In this document: piece by piece, positions 24,840-34,187 of the stretch
Layout of the letters: each line of letters opens with the position of its first letter
How positions within the stretch are numbered: position 1 is the stretch's first letter
From: Kofleriaceae bacterium
GTDB lineage: Bacteria > Myxococcota_A > Polyangia > Haliangiales > Haliangiaceae
Direction: 5' to 3'
DNA: 40,155 nt
Assembly: GCA_046597055.1 (NCBI GenBank)
Contig: JBKJLC010000158.1
Span: 1 to 40,155, forward strand
The notes under the pieces: model-generated
What the model was told of the DNA's origin: nothing
The model's database searches: none
What the model saw: the letters and a program-made list of their open reading frames with translations, nothing else
Program-made: the position numbers and the translations under genes

Positions 24840-26398
24840 TCCGGCCGCTGTTCTGGCTGCTGTTCCTGGCCCGGTCGCGCGCGTGGAAGGCGCGACGGGC
24901 CCACCGGTCGGGCTGGTTCCTCTTTTACACCGCGCTCGCGGCCACCGCCGACGCGCTGGTGGTGGTGATGGCGGCGCTGTGGCTGGTGGTCGGCTTCGCG
25001 ATCGGCGAGCTGCCGCTCGCGCTGGTGATGTTCACGTTCATGATCGTGTTCATGTGCCCGCTGGTGGTGGTCGACCGGGTCCTGGTCCCGCTCGGCTGGC
25101 ACCGCGCGGCGTGGTTGTTCACGATGACCGGGCACCAGGGCGATCGGCGCGGCCGCGGTCCCGCGCAGCTCAACACCGCGCGCGCGCTGGCTCGCGCCGG
25201 TGCGCCGGCCGCCGGGGTCGCGTGGCTGCGGGCCCGACCGCGGTCGTGGGCCGGCGCCGACGATCTCGCGGCCGAGGCGATCCTGGCCCAGGCCGGCGGG
25301 AGTCTCGACGACGCGCACCGGCTGTTCGCCAGCCTGGCGCTGGTCCGCGATCCGGCGCCCGAGGCGCGCGAGCTCGCGAGCGAGTGGCTGGCGCTCGACG
25401 ACGCCCGGGCCGGCCGCTGGGACCCGATCGTCGCGCGCGGCGCGGCCCGGGTCCGGCCGACCCGGGGCGCCCACCGGGCTCCGGCGGCGATCAAGGACGA
25501 CCCCGGGGCGGTGCGCGGCGAGCCGCTGTGGCCGGCCACGACCACGACCTACTTCCTCGAGGGCGTCGCCGGCCGGCTGCTCGGTCACGGCGTCGCGCCC
25601 TCCCGGCTCGGCCTCTGGCTGCGGTGGCTCGAGACGCCGCACCGGCGGCGCACCTGGCCGCTGCTCCAGCGCGCGCGGGCCGCGCCGGTCCGCCTGGGAC
25701 CGCCGATCGAGGCGGGGCCGGCCACCGGCGAGGACCCGGTGACGCCGTCGCTGGCGGTGGCCGTGCGCGCCCACGCGGCGGCGGTGCGGTCGACCGCGGC
25801 GGCGCCGATCGCGGCGGCCGCGCGCGCGTGGGACCCGGTGCTCGACGACCCGGCGTGGCGGACCGAGGTGCTCGGTCGCGCCGCGGCGCTGGGCGCGCCG
25901 GCGGATGCCGGCACCCGCGTGCTGGCCGACCTGCGCGACCAGGTCGTCGGCGATCTGGCGGCGGTGATCCTCGACGGTGCCATCGCGCTGCCCCCGCTGG
26001 CGCGCGCGGGCGCTGGCTCGCCGGTGCTGGCGGCGGCCGCGGCCCGGGCCCGCCACGAGCTGCTGGCGCGGCTCGAGCTGGCGGTCGCGCGGGTCGGCAC
26101 CCGGATCGCCGACGATCACGCGCTGCCGGCCATCGACGAGTGGCGGTCGTTTCTCGCCGTGCACGCCGAGTACGCGGCGGTCGCCGCGCAGGGTGGCCTC
26201 GAGCTCGAGCGGCTGGCGTTTCCGCACGTGCACAGCGAGCTGACCGCGTGGGCGGTGTGGCTGTGGAACCAGCGCCAGCAGTACACGCTGTCGCACGCGC
26301 TCACCTCGTGGCTGTACGAGCGCGCGCTCGCGGTCGGCGACGCCGAGGCGATCGAGCTACACGGCAAGAACGGCGCGATCAGCGCTCCCGATGCCTGA
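24836..26398 (+). CDS. Hypothetical membrane protein with N-terminal TM helices and a large helical soluble region
   Basis: ATGA overlap with the preceding gene. Hydrophobic segments LVVVMAALWLVVGFAI and LALVMFTFMIVFMCPLVVV. Confidence 0.75.
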   Translation: MIRPLFWLLFLARSRAWKARRAHRSGWFLFYTALAATADALVVVMAALWLVVGFAIGELPLALVMFTFMIVFMCPLVVVDRVLVPLGWHRAAWLFTMTGHQGDRRGRGPAQLNTARALARAGAPAAGVAWLRARPRSWAGADDLAAEAILAQAGGSLDDAHRLFASLALVRDPAPEARELASEWLALDDARAGRWDPIVARGAARVRPTRGAHRAPAAIKDDPGAVRGEPLWPATTTTYFLEGVAGRLLGHGVAPSRLGLWLRWLETPHRRRTWPLLQRARAAPVRLGPPIEAGPATGEDPVTPSLAVAVRAHAAAVRSTAAAPIAAAARAWDPVLDDPAWRTEVLGRAAALGAPADAGTRVLADLRDQVVGDLAAVILDGAIALPPLARAGAGSPVLAAAAARARHELLARLELAVARVGTRIADDHALPAIDEWRSFLAVHAEYAAVAAQGGLELERLAFPHVHSELTAWAVWLWNQRQQYTLSHALTSWLYERALAVGDAEAIELHGKNGAISAPDA

Positions 26399-26403
26399 TT
26401 TTT

Positions 26404-26422
26404 CCGGATCTTTAAGATCCGG
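26404..26422. promoter_or_regulatory. Perfect 19-bp palindrome CCGGATCTT-T-AAGATCCGG, candidate operator upstream of the toxin gene
   Basis: 9-bp arms with a 1-nt spacer in an AT-rich 70-bp intergenic gap. A TATGGT -10-like hexamer lies at 26451-26456. Confidence 0.5.
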
Positions 26423-26468
26423 GTAATCCGCGTGGCTGGGCGGAGCCGGGTATGGTCGGCCTGGGCCG

Positions 26469-29400
26469 ATGAGCACATTCCAGCGGGGGCGGCGGGGTGA
26501 CGGGGATCAGGACGAGGCCGAGCGCGCGATCGAAGCGCGCGCGCTGGCCCTGCTCGACGCCGGCGTCGACTGGCTGACCGCGATCGCCGAGGCGACGCGC
26601 GAGGTCGACCCGGGGCGGCTGCCGCGGGCCCGGGGCACCTCGCCGCCGGGGCGGGCGTCGACCGCAGCCTCGCTGGGACGGCGCGGTCCGCCGCGAGCGG
26701 TCGCGCCCGGCAAGCACACGCGCACGGCGCGGCTCGCGGCGCCCGCGGAGCCGGCGCTGGCGGTGCATCGCAAGGCGGTCGAGGCCGCGGCGCTCGCGGA
26801 GGACGCGCCGGAGCGGGTGCGCGTGGCGCTGCGCGGGCTCGGCGCCGCCCTGCCGGGCCCGCTCGGCGTCGAGCTGGCTCGCGCGCTGGGCGTGTCGCCC
26901 GACGCGGTCGCGGCGGTGCGCGTCCACGCCGGGCCGGCGTCGGCTGACGCGGCGGACGCGCTCGCGGCCGAGGCGTTCACGGTGGGCACCGAGATCCACT
27001 TCGCGAGCGGGGCGTACCAGCCCGACACCACCGCGGGGCGCCGGCTGATCGCGCACGAGGTCGCCCATGCGGTGGCGCCGCCGGGCGGGACGGTGATCGG
27101 GGATGAGTTGCGGGTGAGCGAGCCCGGCGAGGCGCACGAGCAGGCGGCGGAGAGGTTTGCAGACAGCTTCATCGTGCGGGGGAGTGCGGTAGCCGCACCG
27201 GCAGCGGCAGCGGCAGCGGCAGCGGCAGCGGCAGCGGCAGCGGCAGCGGGGCCCGCGGCGGTGGGGCTGCCGGTGCTGGCGGCCTCGTCGGGAGCGACGA
27301 TCCACCGGACCGAGGCCGAGCTGACCGAGGAGGAGAAGAAGAAGCGCCGGAAGAAGAAAAAGAACGGCGCGGACGACCAGGCCACGGCTGAGGAGCGTGC
27401 GGGCGCGACCGCGGGGCCCGGCGCCGCGGCCGAAGCGCAGCCGGCCGCGATGGCGACACCGGCGGGCGGCGAACCGGCAGCGACCGGCGAGGCGCCGGCG
27501 CGAGGCACCAGTCCGCTCGATCGCGAGGTCGCGAGCGCAGGCGGCGACGGGGCCAGCGAGGTGGCGCGGCAGGCCCGGGGTCGCGACGGCGGCACCGCCG
27601 AGAGTGGAACCGGCGCGCACGATCCATCCGCGGCACCCCCGGCGTCGGCGCCAGGCGCGCCGAGCGCGACGCCGGGTATGCCCGCGGCAGGTGACACCAC
27701 GCCCGCCGGTGCGACCGCCGAGGTGGACGGTGCCGCCACCGCCGGTCCTGGCCAGGCGATGGCGGGGTCAACCCGGGATACGCCCGGTGCCGCGCCCGGT
27801 GCCGCGCCCGCCGCCGTGCCGGCCGCTCCGGGCGCCGGGGCCGGAGCTCCCGCCGCTGCGGCGCCCAGTGCCGCCGGGCCGGTCGCTGCGCCTGCCGGTG
27901 GTGGCCGGGCGCCGACCGCCGCGTCCGCACCCTCGCCTGCATCCGACGCCACCGACGCCGAGCCGGCCAGCCCCGCTGCCGCCGGACCGAGCGCCGGGGG
28001 TGAGGCCAGGGCAGCGAGCTCCGGTGCGATCGAGTTCGCCGAGACCGACGTCGAGCGCCTGATCGGACCGCCGGAGCCCGACGAGGGACCCGAGCAGCAC
28101 GCCGGGCGGGTCGCCGAGGCGCGGCAAGAGCTGGCGCACGACCGCGCCCACGCCATCGCACGCGTGGGCGCGTTCCGCGGCGAGCAGGGCCAGCGCATCG
28201 CGCAGCTATCCGAGCTGGCGCCGCAGCTCGACCGCGCGCTCGCCGCCGCCGAGCAGCGCGCGGCCGCCCAGCTGTCGCAGGCTGCGGCCGCCCAGAGCGC
28301 CGCCGTGCGCGCGGCGGTCGCCCAGGCGATCGGCCAGGCCACGTCGGCCGCCACCGCTGCGCGCGCGCAGATCCAGGCCTCGCACACCGCGACCGCGGCG
28401 GCGATCAACGCGGCCACCACCGCCTCGCGCGGCCAGATCGAGAGCTCGTACCAGCAGGCGGTGCAGTCGACCCGAGCCGCGGAGACGTCGCAGATCGGCG
28501 AGGTCGCGCGCCTGTACACCCAGGCCGAGAGCGCCTTCCGCGCCGCCGCCACCGCGGCTGGTTCGCACGCGATGACGGTCGCCACCGGGCGCGCCAGCAC
28601 CTACCGCGCCGGCAAGATCCACCGCGAAGACAGCTTCCTCGACGGGGCGCTCACCGACAACCGGTGCGAGGCCCAGGCCGAGGCGGCCGACAAGGTCGGC
28701 CAGTCCTACCGCGACGAGCTGCGCACCGAGGGCGACAACCAGGTCACCCAGCTGCGCACGCGCAAGCCGACCGACGAGGCCGCGGTCCGCCAGGTCGCCG
28801 AGGAGGCGCGCCGCAACCTCGAGACCGCGCACCGCGAGAGCCTGCGCGGGCTCGACGCGGGCAAGCAGCGCGCGCTGACCAGCGCCACCCAGGCGCGCGA
28901 CGGCGCGCTCGCCGGCACCGATCGCACGCTGCAGGAGACCGTCGGGGGCCTGCGCCGGCACGAGCAGGCCCAGGTCGCGGCGATCGCCCAGCAGGCCGCC
29001 GCGGCCAAGCAGGCGGTGCAGACCCAGCGCGCCACCGCCGGCACCCAGCTGCGCGAGACGCTGACCCGGACGATCACGGATCTGACGACCGGCCTCGATC
29101 AGGCGCTCGCCGCGATCGGCGCGGCCGAGGTGCCCGATCGGGCCGGGCTCGACGAGACCCTGGCCCAGAGCGGCCAGGCGATCGAGGGCCAGATCACGCA
29201 GCTGCGCGCCGGCCTCGACCAGGGGCGCGATCAGATCGTCCAGGCGCTCGGGCAGAGCGCGACCCAGGCCGACCAGGGCCTGGCCCAGGCCGGGACCGCG
29301 GCGACCGCGGCGGCGCGCCAGACCGGCGCCGGCGGCGCCCAGGCGATCACGCAGGGCGCGACCCAGGCTGCGCAGTCGTTCCAGCAGATGACCACCGGGC

Positions 29401-30806
29401 ATCAGACCTCGACCACCGAGGCGTCGGGCGCCGCGACCCGGGGCGCCACCGGCATCGTGACCGGCCTCGGCCAGGCCTACACGACGCTGAGCGGCAATCT
29501 GCGCGACGGCATGCAGCGCAACGCCGATGCGGTGCGCGACGGCCTGAGCGCGGTCGTCGACCGCGACATGGGTGGGACCATCACCACCGAGGCCCAGGCC
29601 GCGCGCGACCAGGTCAAGCCGCGGTGGCAGTCGGTCCTGCGCTGGGTGATCATCATCGCGATCGTCCTGGTCGTGGCGATCGTGCTCGGCCCGATGGTGA
29701 TCGGGGCGATCACCGGCCTGGCGGCCGGCCTCGGCGCCAGCGCCGCGGTCGCCGGCGTGGTGGGCACCGTGGTCGGCGGCGCGATCGTCGGCGCCGGCAC
29801 CGCCGCGGTCACGACGGTGGTCGACAACGCGTTCGCCGGCCGCACCGGCTGGGACCTGTTCCAGGGCGTCGGCACCGCGATGGCGTGGGGCGCGCTCGGC
29901 GGCGCGCTCGGCGGCGGCGCCTCGGCGCTGCTGGCCGGCCCGATGCAGGGCATGACCGCCCTCGCCCGCTACGGCCTCCAGGTCGGCGTCGACATGGTGC
30001 TCGACGTCGGCATCAGCGCGCTCAGCGGCAACCTGTCGTGGGAGAACTTCGGCACCAGCCTGCTGATGTCGATGATGGTCAACGGGGTCACGGCCCACCC
30101 GCGGGTGCACGCGGCCTCGCAGCGCGCGATGAGCCGCGGCTACGGCAGCGGGTTCGAGGCCGGCGTGGGGCTGCGCAGCCGGCTGCCGGGCGCACCGGCG
30201 GCGCCGGGTCCGATCTCGAGCGCGGCCCGCATGGAGCACATCGCGCGCGGCGATACCTCGCCGGCAACCAGCCCCAACGCTGGCAAGTGGAGCGTGCAGC
30301 CGAACAGCGGTGGCCACGCACCGGGCGAGATCATCCCGCGGGCCAACGCCGAGGGCGTGCCGCACCACACCCGCGCGACCGATCCGGTCAGCGGCGTGGC
30401 GATCGAACAGTTCACCCGGCCCAGCGGGGCCACCACCGACAAGTCGCTGTTCCCGCCCGGCACCGAACGGCCTCACATCGAAGCGATGGGGCGCACGGGA
30501 CTCGAGCGTGCACTCGGCGGCGCCAGCACCGGGCTTCCGACCGGAAGCGACCACGTACCGCCGGCCGGTCCGGGCCAGAATGGAAGCTTCCGAGCGGTGG
30601 TCCAGGGGCCCAACGGTCACCCGATCATCGTCGAGGGCTACTACCGGCCGGACGGCGCTGGTGGGTACACCATCGAGAGCGTCTACCCGAAGAGTAACTT
30701 GCAGACCGGCGAGATTCCGGTCGTCGGTGGCACCGGCCTCGGCGGGTCGCGCACCGTCCCGATGCCGGGCTACGCCACCCCACCCGCCACCAGCGAGGAC
30801 CGCTGA
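26469..30806 (+). CDS. DUF4157-containing polymorphic toxin with coiled-coil/TM region and C-terminal bacterial EndoU-like nuclease
   Basis: AFTVGTEIHFASGAYQPDTTAGRRLIAHEVAH; Ala/Pro linker; long Ala/Gln helical region; TM/glycine-zipper WVIIIAIVLVVAIVLG...; C-terminal EHIARG...GGH...KSLFP...IESVYP. Confidence 0.85.
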   Translation: MSTFQRGRRGDGDQDEAERAIEARALALLDAGVDWLTAIAEATREVDPGRLPRARGTSPPGRASTAASLGRRGPPRAVAPGKHTRTARLAAPAEPALAVHRKAVEAAALAEDAPERVRVALRGLGAALPGPLGVELARALGVSPDAVAAVRVHAGPASADAADALAAEAFTVGTEIHFASGAYQPDTTAGRRLIAHEVAHAVAPPGGTVIGDELRVSEPGEAHEQAAERFADSFIVRGSAVAAPAAAAAAAAAAAAAAAAGPAAVGLPVLAASSGATIHRTEAELTEEEKKKRRKKKKNGADDQATAEERAGATAGPGAAAEAQPAAMATPAGGEPAATGEAPARGTSPLDREVASAGGDGASEVARQARGRDGGTAESGTGAHDPSAAPPASAPGAPSATPGMPAAGDTTPAGATAEVDGAATAGPGQAMAGSTRDTPGAAPGAAPAAVPAAPGAGAGAPAAAAPSAAGPVAAPAGGGRAPTAASAPSPASDATDAEPASPAAAGPSAGGEARAASSGAIEFAETDVERLIGPPEPDEGPEQHAGRVAEARQELAHDRAHAIARVGAFRGEQGQRIAQLSELAPQLDRALAAAEQRAAAQLSQAAAAQSAAVRAAVAQAIGQATSAATAARAQIQASHTATAAAINAATTASRGQIESSYQQAVQSTRAAETSQIGEVARLYTQAESAFRAAATAAGSHAMTVATGRASTYRAGKIHREDSFLDGALTDNRCEAQAEAADKVGQSYRDELRTEGDNQVTQLRTRKPTDEAAVRQVAEEARRNLETAHRESLRGLDAGKQRALTSATQARDGALAGTDRTLQETVGGLRRHEQAQVAAIAQQAAAAKQAVQTQRATAGTQLRETLTRTITDLTTGLDQALAAIGAAEVPDRAGLDETLAQSGQAIEGQITQLRAGLDQGRDQIVQALGQSATQADQGLAQAGTAATAAARQTGAGGAQAITQGATQAAQSFQQMTTGHQTSTTEASGAATRGATGIVTGLGQAYTTLSGNLRDGMQRNADAVRDGLSAVVDRDMGGTITTEAQAARDQVKPRWQSVLRWVIIIAIVLVVAIVLGPMVIGAITGLAAGLGASAAVAGVVGTVVGGAIVGAGTAAVTTVVDNAFAGRTGWDLFQGVGTAMAWGALGGALGGGASALLAGPMQGMTALARYGLQVGVDMVLDVGISALSGNLSWENFGTSLLMSMMVNGVTAHPRVHAASQRAMSRGYGSGFEAGVGLRSRLPGAPAAPGPISSAARMEHIARGDTSPATSPNAGKWSVQPNSGGHAPGEIIPRANAEGVPHHTRATDPVSGVAIEQFTRPSGATTDKSLFPPGTERPHIEAMGRTGLERALGGASTGLPTGSDHVPPAGPGQNGSFRAVVQGPNGHPIIVEGYYRPDGAGGYTIESVYPKSNLQTGEIPVVGGTGLGGSRTVPMPGYATPPATSEDR
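27201..27248 (+). repeat. (GCAGCG)8 hexamer repeat encoding poly-Ala
   Basis: Counted directly. Confidence 0.95.
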
Positions 30807-30809
30807 CCC

Positions 30810-31700
30810 ATGGACGCCGACCGACTCGATGCAATCGCCGCTACCCAGATCATCGGTGACCCCGAGGTCGCGCACTGCTGGCCGCTGATCCGCGAGGGCA
30901 TCCGGACCGACAAGATCGGCCTCGGCAATCTGGCGAACCTGATCGCGCACCTGCGGGCCGGCAACGGCAAGACGCTCGACGAGCTCACCGTCGAGGTGCT
31001 CCTCGACGATCCCGCCCGCGTCCTGGTCGCCCTGCTCGACGATCACCGCACTTGCCCGCCCACCGCCCTGATCGTCGAGCTCGAGCGGCTGCTCGTGCGG
31101 GCCGGCGGCAGCGCCGGATCGTCGCCATCGCCCGGGGCGCCGCCTCCGTCGAGCGTGCCGCCGGCCGGCCGATCGGCTGGCCCGGCCGACGCGCCCGACC
31201 TGCTCGGCGTGCTCGCCGGCCTGCTCGGGACCACGCCGGCGCGGCTGGCCGGCGATCCCGACGCCTACCGCGCGCAGGTCGAGCGCGTGCGCACCGCGAC
31301 CGCCTCGCTCGCCGCCGCGGTCGCCGATCCCACCGGCGACGACGCCGGGCGCCGCGCGGCCGCGGCCGGGCTCCGTCAGGTCCTCGTCGACACCGTCGCG
31401 TCTGCCGACGCCACCGCGCAGGCGCGCACCGCCGACGTGCCCGCGACCCTGGCCGCGCTCGGCATCGACCTCGATCGCTTCGCGGCCGCGCTGCGCACGG
31501 TCACCGACTGGCTCGAGCAGCGCACGCCCGCCGCGGGCGCTGCGGTCGATCGCCTGGTGGCCGCGCTCGATGCCGCCGCCGGGCCGCTCCTGGGCGGCCC
31601 CGATCGGGCCGCGCGCGACGCCGCGCGCGACGACCGCGCGCGCACCGCAGCGCGGACCGCGATCGCGGCCCGCCTGGGCAAACCTCCCACCGCCAGCTGA
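30810..31700 (+). CDS. Putative immunity protein for the upstream toxin
   Basis: ATG 3 nt after the toxin stop, same strand. ~100-aa helical N-domain, Pro/Ser linker, second helical domain. No recognised family. Confidence 0.6.
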   Translation: MDADRLDAIAATQIIGDPEVAHCWPLIREGIRTDKIGLGNLANLIAHLRAGNGKTLDELTVEVLLDDPARVLVALLDDHRTCPPTALIVELERLLVRAGGSAGSSPSPGAPPPSSVPPAGRSAGPADAPDLLGVLAGLLGTTPARLAGDPDAYRAQVERVRTATASLAAAVADPTGDDAGRRAAAAGLRQVLVDTVASADATAQARTADVPATLAALGIDLDRFAAALRTVTDWLEQRTPAAGAAVDRLVAALDAAAGPLLGGPDRAARDAARDDRARTAARTAIAARLGKPPTAS

Positions 31701-33188
31701 TCAACCGGGCGGCGCTGGCGCCGGAGCCACGATCTCACGCCGGCGCAGCGTCCACCCCAGCCACGCCGCGCAGGCCGCCAGCCACAGATACAGGGGCACC
31801 AGCGAGCCGTGGCCGGTGAGCCCGGCCTTCATGCCGAGGTTCCACGCCTGGCGCGGCCCCTTCGGCGGGTTGTCGGGCATGTCGATGCTCTGGGTCGAGA
31901 TCGACAGCCGACCGGCGCGAAAGTTCGGCCACACGAACTGCGCGTAGGGCCGCTTCCAGCGGGTGTCGATCTCCGGCTTCACCGCGGTGGCCGCGAACAT
32001 GTTGGCGCCGCTCACGACCAGCAGACCGGCCACCACCAGCGCGCCGACGATCGCGGTCACCCGCTTCCAGGCCGCTCCGGCCAGCAGCTCGACGCCACGT
32101 ACGAGCACACCGCCGGCGAGCACCGCGGCGAACGGCAGCATCGGGACCAGGTAGCGCGGGCCGGCGCCCCAGCCACCGTGCCAGGGCGGGATCGATGAGT
32201 TGAGCCACAGGAACGCGATCACCGCCCACGCGCACACCGCGACCTCCCAGCGGTGACGGCGCGCCAGGAGGACCGCCCCCGGCAGCGCGAGCACCAGCCA
32301 CGGCGTGGTGTACAGCAGGCCGCGATACTCGCCGACCAGGATGTTGCGCAGCGCGAAGCCGCGCGGCACGCCGATGCCCATGAACCAGCCGGTCTTGGGC
32401 GTCTCCCACACCGAGTAGTCGTACGGGAACGCGAACGGGCTACCGAACGCGGCCGCGTGGTACCAGAGCAGCGCCGTGAGCGGGATGAGCCCGCCGACGA
32501 TCGCCCACATGGACCGCCGCCAGCCGGCGACCGCGAGGCCATAGAGTCCGATCGGCGCCGCGATCAGCGCGGCCGGGTACTCGGTCGCGCCCGCGAAGCC
32601 GATCAGCGCGCCGACCGCGAACATGCGGCCCGGGGTCGCGGCGGTGCCGTGACGGACCTCGACCAGCAGCGCGAAGGCGATGAGCAGGAACGCCCCGGCG
32701 ATCTGGTTGCCGTAGAGCAACGTCGCGTACGGCAGGCCCATCGTCGCCAGCCCCCAGCCGAGCGCGATCCCGATCGACATCCGTGGCCCCAGCCCGAGCT
32801 GGCTGGCCAGCCGCGCCAGGAACACCGCTGCGATCGCGGAGGGCACGCCGACCGCGAAGACGATCGAGAGCCAGGCCGCCCAGGCCAGCCATCCCGGCGC
32901 CACCGGCGCGGGGGCGCCGGCGAGGTGATACATCGCCGCGTACGTCGGCGTGCACAGCCAGGACGAGCCCGGCGCCTTGTCGCAGTAGTAGTGACCGTCG
33001 CGGATCGAGTCGTCGCCGGTGTTCTTCTGCAGCCGGTCGATGCGGAGCGAGCCGTCTTCGACCACCGCCCGCACCAGGTCGAACCGCGAGTTCTGGTTCC
33101 AGCCGCCGGCCTGGTAGAAGTACCCGTACACGCCGAGCAGCAGCGCGAACAGCGCCACCAACGGCCGGCTGGCCAGAGACCGCATCAC
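31701..33188 (-). CDS. Polytopic membrane protein, possibly GT-C-type glycosyltransferase
   Basis: About 10 or more hydrophobic segments, a first large loop with [16 protein letters not shown], and GPRYLVP near the C-terminus. Confidence 0.6.
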   Translation of the reverse strand: MMRSLASRPLVALFALLLGVYGYFYQAGGWNQNSRFDLVRAVVEDGSLRIDRLQKNTGDDSIRDGHYYCDKAPGSSWLCTPTYAAMYHLAGAPAPVAPGWLAWAAWLSIVFAVGVPSAIAAVFLARLASQLGLGPRMSIGIALGWGLATMGLPYATLLYGNQIAGAFLLIAFALLVEVRHGTAATPGRMFAVGALIGFAGATEYPAALIAAPIGLYGLAVAGWRRSMWAIVGGLIPLTALLWYHAAAFGSPFAFPYDYSVWETPKTGWFMGIGVPRGFALRNILVGEYRGLLYTTPWLVLALPGAVLLARRHRWEVAVCAWAVIAFLWLNSSIPPWHGGWGAGPRYLVPMLPFAAVLAGGVLVRGVELLAGAAWKRVTAIVGALVVAGLLVVSGANMFAATAVKPEIDTRWKRPYAQFVWPNFRAGRLSISTQSIDMPDNPPKGPRQAWNLGMKAGLTGHGSLVPLYLWLAACAAWLGWTLRRREIVAPAPAPPG

Positions 33189-33263
33189 CGTCGCCTGATA
33201 CCATACCGTGCCTGTACTCAGCGGGCTGGTCGCGCCTGGAGTGGAGCGCCCCAGCGAGGACGG

Positions 33264-34076
33264 TCACTCGGCCAGATCGACCCACACTTCGTTGCGCCGC
33301 ACGGGGCCCAGCGTCCACGGGGGGTCGTAGGCGGCGAACACCGGTGCCCCGATCGCGGTCAGGCCGGCCTGAGCGACCAGCCGCAGCAGCTCGCGTTCGC
33401 GGTCGGCGATCGCGTCGCCACGGTGCTTGCCGGTGAAGCGCAGCAGCGCGACCCGCCGCTCCGGCTCGTGGAAGTGACGGATGCGATCGTCGTCCGGCCG
33501 CGGCAACGAGTCCATGGTGCGGCCGGGCGGCATCACGAAGCCGATCGTGTATCCGTGGTGGGTGAAGCCGGCCATCGGGTCCTGCAGCGGCAGCTGCTCG
33601 CTGCGGGCGTGGCCGCGGGCCAGGACCGGCGTCGTCATCGTCAGCGCCTCGTGGCTCTGGTTGCCGCCGCGGATGTACGAGGCGAGTCGTCGGAAGCCGA
33701 CCTCGAGCGCGGCATCGAAGGTGGCGCCGGTCACCGTGGTCCGGGCCTCGATCCGCGGCGCGTAGCGCCGGACCTCCAGCGGACCGATCTTCTCGACCAC
33801 TTCGTGGTCGGGCTCGGCGGTGAAGAAGCGGGTCAGTTGCCAGCGCAAGGCCACCAGGCCGGCGGCGGTCAGGCTGCCGGCCAGCGCGCCATTGCGGCGA
33901 GAGCTCAGGAGCGATGCCAGCCCGAAACCGATCGCGACCGGCGCCGCGACCAGGCCCGTATAGAACGCGATCGAGCGGGGGCGGGTCGCATGCAACGCGC
34001 TCGTACTAGCCGGGTGGCTGGTGTCGTTGGGTGGCCGGAGCCGGGGCGGCGGCTCGGCGATGATGGTGATCTCCAT
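33264..34076 (-). CDS. SOUL family heme-binding protein with N-terminal membrane segment
   Basis: EVRRYAP, GFRRLASYIRGGN, MTTPV, FVMP, LPRPDD, AAYDPPWTLGPVRRNEVWV. Confidence 0.9.
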   Translation of the reverse strand: MEITIIAEPPPRLRPPNDTSHPASTSALHATRPRSIAFYTGLVAAPVAIGFGLASLLSSRRNGALAGSLTAAGLVALRWQLTRFFTAEPDHEVVEKIGPLEVRRYAPRIEARTTVTGATFDAALEVGFRRLASYIRGGNQSHEALTMTTPVLARGHARSEQLPLQDPMAGFTHHGYTIGFVMPPGRTMDSLPRPDDDRIRHFHEPERRVALLRFTGKHRGDAIADRERELLRLVAQAGLTAIGAPVFAAYDPPWTLGPVRRNEVWVDLAE

Positions 34077-34135
34077 GACAGAACAACACAGCAAGCTCCG
34101 TTCCACTCAGGGACCCCTGTCCGTACCCGAACGTG

Positions 34136-34182
34136 GGTGTCGCACGCCGAGCGCTCGCGCTCACTGGGCACGTCGCGACACC
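34136..34182. other. Imperfect long hairpin just downstream of the cytochrome gene
   Basis: GGTGTCGC (34136-43) pairs with GCGACACC (34175-82); inner GAGCG/CGCTC stem. No U-tract. Confidence 0.35.
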
Positions 34183-34187
34183 ACTCA

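Noticed and set aside
26412..27620. ORF with an RCRCRCRC Cys-rich repeat
   Set aside because: Antisense reading of the (GCAGCG)8 poly-Ala repeat, not a metal-binding protein.
28206..31046. 946-aa minus-strand ORF
   Set aside because: Antisense shadow of the toxin gene.
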